This document shows, one piece after another, positions 54,215-64,000 of a stretch of DNA of 64,000 nucleotides (the stretch's first letter is position 1; each line of letters starts with the position of its first letter). Position numbers and translations under genes: made by a program. The stretch is from Balanoglossus misakiensis (lineage: Eukaryota; Animalia; Hemichordata): assembly GCA_040954595.2 (NCBI GenBank), contig CM082584.2, positions 3,414,110-3,478,109 of the forward strand, given 5' to 3'. The notes beneath the pieces are model-generated. The model ran no database searches, was not told the DNA's origin, and worked only from the letters and a program-made list of their open reading frames with translations.

Positions 54215-54893
54215 CGTATACAAGCCTTAACTCCATTTACCTCGTCTCCCACACCTGGTCGCCCACAAAGACAAATAAAACGATTAGCATACGAAGTAGG
54301 TCTTCAAAGTAAAAGGACTTGTAGGTGGCAACCACCAATATCATCTACACGAGACTATGAAGTTTCCAAGCTCATAGAAATGCCACGACGAAGACAACAA
54401 GGAACAAAACCGACCTGCACCAAAAGTAACTCTGGGCTGCAAACAGAACGCACCTGTATGTCATGATGTTGACTATCTTGAGCCTCCGAAGGGGCTTCCA
54501 AAGGCTGAATAGCTTGTTCACCACTTGTACTTGCAGTAGTTGACCCCGTCGAAAGACTGGCAGGTAGGTGACGTTCTGGTCTGGCAGGTCTACCAGGACG
54601 ATGGGCGTCCACAAAAGCTTGTGCGATATCAGAATCAGTGGCCGTTCCCCGAGTTGGCTGCTGGGCTGCCGAACTTCGTGAGGCAGCGTCTACAGCTACG
54701 TTGGAAGTGGTTTCTGAGCAGCTACGTCTTGTCTCGAAGCCATGTTCTATACCGGTGGAGACTGCCCTGACTGTGCGAGGAAATGACACAGAGTCTTCTG
54801 CCCTGTTCTTCTTTTATACCTTTGTCATTCTTATGAATATTAATGAGATAACACCTGGCGGAATATTATCGCTACGTGATTAGGTTTTGAATA
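54215..54893 (+). mobile_element. Element E2, right part: internal S/T/A-rich exon (minus strand) + right terminus
   Basis: 54771-54893 matches 45903-46025 of E1; a minus-strand low-complexity frame ends ..QHHDIQ at donor CAG|GTGCGT (54454). Confidence 0.8.
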
Positions 54894-55169
54894 TGCTCAT
54901 TTTCTGAAATTTCCACCTGACTAATAGGCTGTCGCCCTTTCCATCATATCATGGTACAGTCACTCCAAGTTCCGATCAACTGGCAGCCGAACCAGCGCAA
55001 GAAATTCATGCGAGTTAGATTATTTTCACTATTTTTTTCGCCTTCTGCTAAATCTTATATCGGCAATCAAATACCCTCCCTAGGCGATTATAACCTCTTA
55101 CTCTATACGCCGACACGAAAATTATCTCTTTCTGCTGTGTTCAGTTTCAACTGGAAACAAAATACATGT

Positions 55170-55545
55170 AGGTATACGGTCACCTCCAATTTACATTCGC
55201 CAAAATATGGCCGAAACAGCGTATTTGAGTGTCCTAAAGAACATATGGTGGCGCTATGTTCACGTGTGTGCCACCCACCGAAATCTACGGTTGGCCAGAT
55301 CATTTTGCACTGGTAACTGTAGCTAAATTTGCCTAGGTTACCGTATGCCTTTAAAGGTACACAGTCACCTCCAATTTTCATACTCTCTAAAATGGCCGAA
55401 ATGGTGTATCTGAGTGTTCTAAAGAACATATGGAGGCTGTTCTTCTTTCGCGTGTGCCTCCCACTGAAAATTTGTGATTGGCTGACTCTCAATTTGCCAT
55501 TGTAACTGTAGATACGCCAATTTTGCCATAAATGGAAATAAGTTA
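55170..55545 (+). mobile_element. Two tandem diverged fragments of a Kolobok-like non-autonomous element
   Basis: AGGTA(T/C)AC(G/A)GTCACCTCCAATTT at about 55171 and 55355 (the second preceded by TTAA); the same family appears at 36322 (TTAAAGGTATACAGTCACCT) and 37440-37492 (CTAAAGAACATATGGTGGCGC). Confidence 0.5.
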
Positions 55546-56653
55546 ATTTTAGGTGGTCGCGTACCATTAATATCAGACAACTTCAACAAACGCCATTATG
55601 AATCAAGTTTATTGCGTATCTAAAATGGAGATTATTTTTCCTTTTAATTTATTTAATATCATCGTATAAGGTTTTCCATTTCTCAACAGCTTTTGTAAAA
55701 TCTATAAAAATCACAAATTACTAAAGTTTTCATATCATATTGAAACGTATTATAAATACATGATTTTTGTAAGCACCACGCCCTTAAAATCGAATACACT
55801 GCAATAGTGATTAAATCATGTGTTACAGCCTCATTTGGCATTCCGACAATCAATGTCAAAATGGCTCACTGACGATAAGTATTGTAACCTTATTTTAAAA
55901 ATGAACTTCAATACAACGAAAGAAAATATGTATAAAAATTGCATTGTGGATAAATACGTATTTTCCATTTGAATAATTTCCAAGCACAGGGCAAAATGCA
56001 GTGTAAAAACTTGTATAGAGTAAGGGGAGCATCTATTACATCTTGTGTCCCATATATAACTCCATTTTATATTCTGCAGATTGCATTTCTTGGCCCACAT
56101 AGCCTCAACATAAGAGGTTTTACTTTGTAATGGAGTAAATCAATGTAAAAAGATTTAGTTGTAAAACCAGTAAAAATTTTGCTGTTGGAGAGTTTTTAAC
56201 AAATAGAGTGTTTTGATATTCATCACTCGTGCTGTAATATGAATACAAACTCTTGAATATACAACACAATACTGAATAAACATCAAAATACTGTATTTAA
56301 ATCAACGTACACCTACATAGAGCTTTTATGCTAATACAAAAATAACAAAAAATACTCTTTTATACTATGGAAGCCACATTCTTTTCGGAGTTCTATATCT
56401 TGAAAGTTCAACAGAGGTCAATGACCTGGAAATTTCGTCAAGAACTTCGGATAAATGTTTCAGGAAAATGCCAAACTGAATTTCAAGTCAATATGTATTG
56501 TATTCACGATTTTTCTCTTAAACTTTGAAGTTTCCGATCTATACAGTCAACATCGTGTATCACAGACTGCTCTTATCATCATGATCAAAAGAAATATTAA
56601 TTCCCATAAAACTATAAGTGAAGAAATTTTAAATGAGTGTTGAAAACGGTGTA

Positions 56654-56857
56654 ACCACAGGGATTTATTCGGGGAACGTTTAGTAATAATTATATGATAT
56701 AAACTGAATAAGTTTCTTGTCTGTCAACTCTTCTGTCTTTGTCTTACCGATACGATTCTAACCGGAACACTAAGGCAGAAGAGTTGACAGACAACAAACT
56801 TATTCAGTTCAAATCATATAACTATTACTAAACGTTCCCTGAATAAATTCCTGTGGT
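56654..56857. repeat. Long inverted repeat (about 88-bp arms, about 8 mismatches) starting 5 nt after the stop codon of ST8Sia-like copy 2
   Basis: ACCACAGGGATTTATTCGGGGAACGTTTAGTAATA... and ...TATTACTAAACGTTCCCTGAATAAATTCCTGTGGT. Confidence 0.92.
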
Positions 56858-56862
56858 ATAGC

Positions 56863-57230
56863 TTAGTGCTCAGCACATTTCTCTGTAACGAGTCTTATGA
56901 CATTTGAGCGATTGAAATCTCGAAGAGTGTCAAACTCCGGAGGTATGATATTTTTTGTATTGACGTTGTAGCTCACATTCTCGAAGTAGTGATAATTTAA
57001 CTTGCGCCCTCTCGAGTCCTTAGAAAAAGGCCAAAAACCATAGAGAGTGAGTTTCTCACAGAAAAGCGTCGACATGGTAAATAGTATAAAACCCTCGCTG
57101 TTTATTTTCCCCCATAACCTGAAAAATATAAGGTGTTACGGCGTTAAAGTACATTTCGAACATTGAGATGAATGAATGAATGGATGAATGGATGAATAAA
57201 TGTATGGATGGATGAATAGATGAATGATTG

Positions 57231-57281
<51 letters not shown>

Positions 57282-59518
57282 GAACGCACCTTCTCATTGT
57301 TCCCGGCCATATAGGTACCGGAGAGTATGCAACAGTGTAGTCCATGGCTTTCAATCCAAACTTCGTTTGTCTGAGAACACTTTGCATCATCAGTAGTTTT
57401 GATGCGTTAAGTTTACCGCCCCATCCTGACAACTTATAGGGAAACCAAACAGTTGCGTTATGTAAGTTGGCCAACCTCTCCAAGATATCCGACAAAACCC
57501 GACCTTTTCTTCGTCCAGACTTTGTTTTGGATTTTCCTTTTGGATTCACAGCGTCATACAAATACATGCTCACAAATTGGTTGATCGCTTGTAAGTCAGT
57601 TTTCGTTCCGACATCCTTTTCAAATCCAATTAATTTAGGTAAATTTACTCTCATCACAAAATCATGACTGTCAATCTCTCGTCCACATTCGCTGTTTTTG
57701 AGAATACCACCGTTTCCCACCAATGCGCATGACTTCTGTTGTTTCATGGAGGAGAATAGGATGTCATAGAGTATCCGGGCGCTACTAGAAAGAGGGGCAC
57801 CCGGTTCTGTGGCATCCTGGGGAAATCCTTTGTTCAGAACTAAATCCAAGGCAGCATTGGAGCGAAATATTGCAAACGAGTTTTCCAGTGTTACCGTTTT
57901 TGAGATGATGTTCCTAGACAGAAAACAAATGTGCAGAAATGAAAGGATTGACAATTGAAAAAAAAACAAATAAAAAAACACTGGCTGGCTGACTGACTGA
58001 CTGACTCAATGAATGAATGAATGAATGAAGGGAGGAATGAATGAATGAATGAATGAAGGGAGGAATGAATGAATGAATGAATGAATGAATGAATGAATGA
58101 ATGAATGAATGAATGAATGAATGAATGAATGAATGAATGAATGAATGAATATTTGGCAAACTTTTATTTACGCAATTTTATTTTTGATCATATTTAGGAT
58201 GTGGATACACACTAGTAGCAACTGTGAAATAGTCCGCATGTTATTTTTCTACTAATTATGTTTGATACAAGACATTGTTTATGTTATTCTACATGTGGAT
58301 ATATAGTGAATCAATGTTCGAACACACACAACTTCCATCCTATTTGTATGATATGAGAGTAAAAACTCGCCCAAAATGAATAATTGGTAGAGAACGAATA
58401 TTCAGTTTGGCGACTTTTTTCACTCTCGTGTCTACATGTGGGATGGAAGTTGTGTGTGGTTGAACGTTGATTCACTACGTATACACACGTAGAATAACAT
58501 AAACAGTGTCTAGTATCAAACATTATTCATGGGAAAAGGGAGCGAGAAAGAGACTTTGTCCCTTCAAGATGCCCATAACTATTTCACAAAATTTGTCTTT
58601 TCATGTGAAGTTTGTGAGGATATAGAAATTACATGTGGACTATTGCACAGTTGCTACTAGTGTGTATCCACATCCTAAAATCTGTATACATGTAAAGTGT
58701 ACATGTTCCTTGAAAACTTTGACGGCACTGACGAATAAGGCATTTACCTTAGCTCGGCCAAGCTCGTTGCATTTCTTGGGTCTTCTGGTAGATGTTTCAC
58801 CTCTGAATGTGTTTGGGTACTATTTGCTTCCGATGAGCTATCGAGATAAGGAGACCATATTGTTCATTCCAAGTCATTTACATGCAAATTTGTGTAAATA
58901 AAGTATTCAAACTATGATCAAACTACATGTATACTAAAATGGCGATGCAACATGTAGTAAGTGACACTTGACATTGTGTGAGATGTTGTCTTGTCACATC
59001 AAGAGACTGGTACTTGGTGGTTGTTGTGAACATTTTAGTTAAGTTGCAGTGACCCAGGTCATACTGACAGATCACCCAATCAACGGCTGTTCGAAAGCCT
59101 GACTGGGGCCATTTTGTTTTACAAATCGTTCCTCCAGACCCTTATTCTGTAGCGCAACGGGTAAGCGAGACTAGGTCACCTGCATGTTTCGCAAAGTGAA
59201 CTGTGGGATTTTTCTGGTCAACTGTTGGTCTTTGGTGGAGAACAGGCTGTTTTCCATTTTTCACTTTGCTTTGTACCTTACCAATGATTGTTATTTTATT
59301 TAAAAAGAATGCGTGAGGGTGAAAATATACAACATATTACCCAGGAGTATATATTTACAGACTCACCTTCTTGGAATCTGAGCTTGTACCTTCATACTTC
59401 CAATGGGCCTCAGTTGTTTAAAGTTTAGCAAGCCTTTGTACTCCACGAGTACAAACATAACAACAATGAGGGCCGCCAGTAGAACTAAGACCTTCTGGAC
59501 AGACGTCATCCCCATCAT
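56863..59518 (-). CDS. ST8Sia-like alpha-2,8-sialyltransferase homolog (GT29), copy 2, about 373 aa
   Basis: Exons 59518-59367, 58837-58748, 57913-57290 and 57118-56863; same structure as copy 1 (152 and 90 nt first exons), 1122 nt open, same sialylmotifs. Confidence 0.93.
57166..57282. repeat. (GAAT/GGAT)n-(CAAT)n microsatellite, intronic
   Basis: Direct inspection. Confidence 0.9.
57981..58150. repeat. (CTGA)n-(GAAT)n microsatellite, intronic
   Basis: Direct inspection. Confidence 0.92.
58197..58675. mobile_element. Foldback/MITE with outer about 50-bp TIRs and an inner about 270-bp palindrome
   Basis: Outer GGATGTGGATACACACTAGTAGCAACTGTG / CACAGTTGCTACTAGTGTGTATCCACATCC with TTA/TAA flanks; inner ATGTTTGATACAAGACATTGTTTATGTTATTCTAC ... 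GTAGAATAACATAAACAGTGTCTAGTATCAAACAT. Confidence 0.8.
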
Positions 59519-59608
59519 GTACAGACGCACAGATTGGTACAAAGGCAATTACATCGATGTTAGTCATGTAAATGTATATTTCTCCAATGATGAAATCATA
59601 TATGGATC

Positions 59609-60033
59609 GTGGCCGGGTATTACTTGCATTGGATAATTTCAGTGTTAAATTTCCCTACAAATCATATGTTACATTATTGTTCATTGTGTTCAATCTTTGA
59701 TATTGGATGCATTACATTGTTAGAAGACTTCAGCGGGCCGCCCCCTATTGTCAGTTATGTGTGGGAAAGGCCCCAAGCTTGACCTTTGACATATAGGTGT
59801 CTAACATGGCCTTTGTTTGTGTTTTCCTATCGACAGAAATAAAGGCACCGAGACCGCTCTGTGCGGGCACCCCGGTTACCAACGTTCCTAAAATAAATAC
59901 GGTGGTCGGCGTTTGTTGTTGTTGTGGCTGGCCCATGGGTGTACCATGTAATGTGTTTTGGGCCAAAATGCTGAATAAATGTCTTTCTTTACACTTGTTC
60001 AGAAATTATCCAATGCAAGTAATACCCGGCCAC
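59609..60033. mobile_element. MITE with a perfect 32-bp TIR, about 90 bp upstream of the copy 2 start codon
   Basis: GTGGCCGGGTATTACTTGCATTGGATAATTTC / GAAATTATCCAATGCAAGTAATACCCGGCCAC. Confidence 0.82.
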
Positions 60034-60089
60034 ATGATGATCACCAAATTTGCAGTATTGAAACAGGGGCACATTTAACGTAATATACA

Positions 60090-62985
60090 TTGCCCTTTTT
60101 CTATTAATTATGTTTGATACAAGACAACATTTACATTAGTATACATTTTGATATAGAGTGATTTAATGTTCGACCACACACAAATTCCATCCCACTTAGA
60201 CACAAGAGTGCAAAACTCGCCAAAACGAATAATCGTTGTTTACCATTTGTTCATTTTGGCGAGATTTTTACTCTCATATCCTACAAATGGGATGGAAGTT
60301 GCGTGTGTTCGAACGTTGCCACAAAATTTAATGATTTGTTCTACATTGCTGCGAAACCGAATTACCCCAGCATAAAGATAAAACGCGCGACAACTGGTTT
60401 GACAATGATTGTTATATTGAGCGTAATAAAGTCCACAGGCTTTTGAACATGTACAGACAAGAGAGAACTCCAAATCATGTGGAGCTTTATAGAAATCAAA
60501 AGAGAGCCTACCAGAATTTAATCAGGAATAAAAAGGCACATTTTAAGACAAATACTCTACATAAAATTGAACTTGCTCTTGAACAAAACAACCACAGGAA
60601 ATTTTGGGACTACTTTAAAGGTGCCAAAAGTTGTACTTCACCCCTAATAAATAATGAAGACTGGTACGATTATTTTCTAAAGTTGTTTAACCCCACTGAT
60701 TCGGGAAGCCAGAGCCATTTTATCGACGTATGGGATGGGATTGAACGCTACGTCGAAGAACTACTACAAAATAAAGATGACATATACAGCGAGGATGATA
60801 CTGTACTGGAGATACTCGACCAGGAAATGACGGGAGAAGAAATAATAGATAGTATTAAATGTTTAAAATCAAATAAGTCACCTGGTATAGATGGTATTTC
60901 TGCCGAATTTTATAAGCATTGTAGCCCGCTTTTTATTTCCATATTACGACATCTATTCAATGTAGTATTCAACTCAAGTAATTTCCATACTGCATGGGCT
61001 GAGGGTATAATTTTTCCTATTTTCAAAAAAGGTGATAAACATATTCCAAATAATTACAGGGGCATTACACTTTTACCAATAATCAGTAAAAAATTTACCA
61101 GGATAATGTATATAAGGCTTTTGTTTTGGGAAGAAAACTGCTCCCCTCTTAGAGAGGAGCAAGCAGGTTTTCTAAAAGGTTATTGTACTGCTGATAATAT
61201 TTTCATCCTCCACACCCTGATACAGAAATATTTAAGTAAAAGCAGGGGCAGATTGTACTCCGCATTTGTCGACTTTGAGAAGGCATTCGATCGAATCAAT
61301 AGAGCGGCTCTCTTCTATAAAATGGGTAAAGCGGGCCTTCGGGGTAAAATGTTTAGAATGTTTTCCTCTATTTATAAGAGTGTGAAAACGTGTGCTTGGT
61401 AGAGAATGGTTGGCCGAGTTTTTTCACTGCCCCATAGAGTCAGACAAGGTTGTATTCTTTCCCCCCTATCTTTTCGCTTTTTTATTAACGATCTCCATGA
61501 TGAATTTGTTACTGATGACTGGATAAGTGGCTGCTCTATTGGTTTAATTGAGATTTTCTACCTTCTCTAAGCTTTGCCGACGATTTAGTTTTGATTGAGG
61601 AAACAAAGATAAAACTCCAGATACTTTTAAATCAGTTGGGCAATTATTGTGATAAGTATAACTTGACTGTGAATTTAGATAAGACAAATATTATGGTTTT
61701 CAGAAAAGAGGGTAAAGACACTACGAAAAGTGGAAATACAAGGGCAAGCCTATTGAAGTTGTCCCTTATTTTAAATATTTGGGTATAGTACTATCAAGCA
61801 GGGGTGTGTGGACAAAGACACAGTCAGTACTAGCAGACCAAGCTTCCAAAGCCACTTTTTTATTAGCAGCTCGCCTAAAATCCCTGGGTGATGTTCCTAT
61901 CAAAATGTGTCTTAAGATTTTCGACTCCAAAATACTACCCATCCTTACATATGGAAGTGAAGTTTGGGGGTATGTTGAAGCGCCAGCCATTGAACGTGTT
62001 CATATTAAATTTTGTAAATCCATTTTAAGGTTAAATACCAAAGCGAATAATGCAGCAACCAGAGGTGAGCTTGGGAGGTACACCATGAATACAATGAGAC
62101 TTCATAGAATAATTAATTACTGGTTAAGATTTTTACAAATGGGCGAAAATAGATACATTCATCATGCATATCTGGAACAGCATAGCATGGCTGAGAGAGG
62201 GATTGAATGCTGGGCAAAACAGTGAAAAGTATGTTGTTTTACTACGGTTTTGCGGAAGCATGGTACAACCAGGGTGTTGATAATGTGTCCAAGTTTATTT
62301 CCGAGTTTAAACAGCGCTGTAAAGATATTGATGAACAAGAGTGGCATTCATCCATTACTTGTTCAAGTAGACTTGACACTTATAGATTGTACAAATCCGC
62401 TTTATAACTTGAACCTTACCTTTTGACCCTATGAAATCTATTATTAAACGCACGCTTACCTTTTTCCGTATATCATGTCATAATCTTTTAATAGAACAAG
62501 GAAGACATAAGAAACTTTCACGAGAGAACAGACTCTGTATTTGTATTGATGGCAGCATCGAAAACGAGTATCACTTCCTTTTGAATTGTAAACTTTATAA
62601 CCCCTTAAGATCAAAATATCTCCCTCCCCAATACACCATAAACCCAAGTATTGATAAATTTAAAACCTAAGCTTGTTATCTTCACAACACAACGAAACAC
62701 TGAGAAAGTGGAGTACCTACTTATTTTTTTGCGTTTGAGTTGAGGAAAAAATTAGATTTTGATTTTTATTCGTCCTAGTACACGAATTAAGTTCTGTATA
62801 TATTGTACATATTTCAAAGGTCACTGTTCATGTTAATGTTATGTATTTTGGCACAAAAGGCTGGAGGCCTGCAGTGCATTCTGAATAAATTATTATTATT
62901 TTTAGAATAAGATAAACAGTGTCTTGTATCAAACATAATTAATGGAAAAGGGCAGCGAGAGACAGACGTTGTCCCTTTAAGAGAT
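60090..62985. mobile_element. Second copy of the palindromic element, split by the LINE insertion
   Basis: 60090-60320 and 62903-62985 are homologous to 58250-58570. Confidence 0.7.
60345..62902 (+). mobile_element. Decayed 5'-truncated non-LTR retrotransposon (RTE-X-like ORF2)
   Basis: KSPGIDG, NYRGITLL, EQAGF, DFEKAFD, VRQG, FADD, ILPILTYGSEVWG, GELGRY and a C-terminal C..ENEYHFLLNC zinc motif; several stops and frameshifts; AATAAA + (TTA)n tail. The left boundary is approximate. Confidence 0.92.
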
Positions 62986-64000
62986 CTGAACCAGTATTTA
63001 CACATTCAAGAAAAATATTTAAGCAAAAACCCTTTTATAGATTATAATTTAGATGATGACCTAGGCATATCCCTTTTTAGGTGAACATTAGCATATTTGG
63101 CGGGAAATAATCACCGAGCGAAAAACACCCCTGTGATGCACCTTTGGTTCTAGAGGATAGGGCATATATTTGAAGTATTTTATTATGGGGAAAAATATGT
63201 GAAATAGGGGCTTTAAGTGTTTTTGGGACAGCTCCGCTCAATGAGACTGTGGTTTGAGTGTAGGAAATTGCCAAAAAAGAATAAATAGCTTCCAACCGAT
63301 AATTTTCCTCTCCTGGGTCTGTTATGTCCCTCTCTAGCTGGTTTGTTTCTACGCATCGCAACTGAAACAATCCGCTTCCAACCTTTACTGCTGGAATTCG
63401 TGTCCATAGAAAAACAGGATGTCAAAAGTACGTGCTCGGAATGTTTCACGTGAGACATTTGATCCTTAAGTTGTATAGCCCCCTTGTAATACATTATCAG
63501 ACAAAGACTTTGTTTGGCATGGTGGCTCAGCAACCGTTTACGATCATACTATACCACATTTACATTCATACAATAGTCGGCTGCATTACTGATTGTATAT
63601 TTAACAATCTTTTTTGAAGTCAGGCTTTTTTGGCTTAAATAGTCATTTGGGGCATTTCATCGTTAAACTTGGAAATTTAATTTCGCTTTCTGAAAATACC
63701 ATCTGGTTTGAAGGAAAAGTTCACATGCTGAAAAGTGAAAACCTTGCCTTTCGTTGCTTACTGTAGTTTCTCATTTATCGCAAAAATGATTTAAAAGGGG
63801 CCGATATCTTGATGTGTGCAACAACTTGCAAAATCCTTTAGATGATCATAGTGCTAATGTGAACCCATGAAAACAAGGATTGCAAATTCTTATCTCCTCT
63901 GCTTACCAGATATCACGACATGCTTCGTTTTAACCAGGTTGTTCTGTCCCGTCGTGCGTATACCTCAAATCACAACAGGGCAAGTTTTGTGGGTTTGTTG

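Noticed and set aside
45639-54899. Composite transposon carrying the satellite as cargo
   Set aside because: The outermost flanks (ATATAA versus TGCTCA) do not match, and E1 has its own 6-bp direct repeat.
40867-59518. Assigning a specific ST8SIA1-6 symbol
   Set aside because: Family motifs are clear, but orthology cannot be established without a phylogeny.

Overview
Eukaryotic, intron-containing, repeat-rich DNA. Gene content and TE style suggest a marine invertebrate deuterostome such as a hemichordate, amphioxus or echinoderm (inference). From left to right: (1) about 93 copies of a 130-bp satellite (1-12116), fused by microhomology to a truncated SAM-domain exon at the end of a probable IS3EU-type DNA transposon. 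(2) An apparently intact 10-exon receptor gene (signal peptide-SRCR-WSC-CUB-2xCCP-TM-ITIM-like tail) with an intronic tRNA-Ala. (3) A frameshifted gene fragment with a hevein-like exon and a Cys-rich exon. (4) A complete PIF/Harbinger element (Myb/SANT gene + transposase). (5) Two non-LTR retrotransposon remnants, a second tRNA-Ala, a TRIM pseudogene fragment and many MITEs. (6) A cluster of ST8Sia-like GT29 sialyltransferases: one shattered copy and two intact convergent copies, both with Asn in place of the catalytic His of sialylmotif VS. (7) Between the two intact copies, a 79-bp double-hairpin satellite bounded at both ends, at the same monomer position, by deletion derivatives of an unclassified TATT...AATA element with 6-bp flanks resembling tyrosine-recombinase sites; an inversion has flipped part of this structure. 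All calls come from manual reading; no database searches were run.
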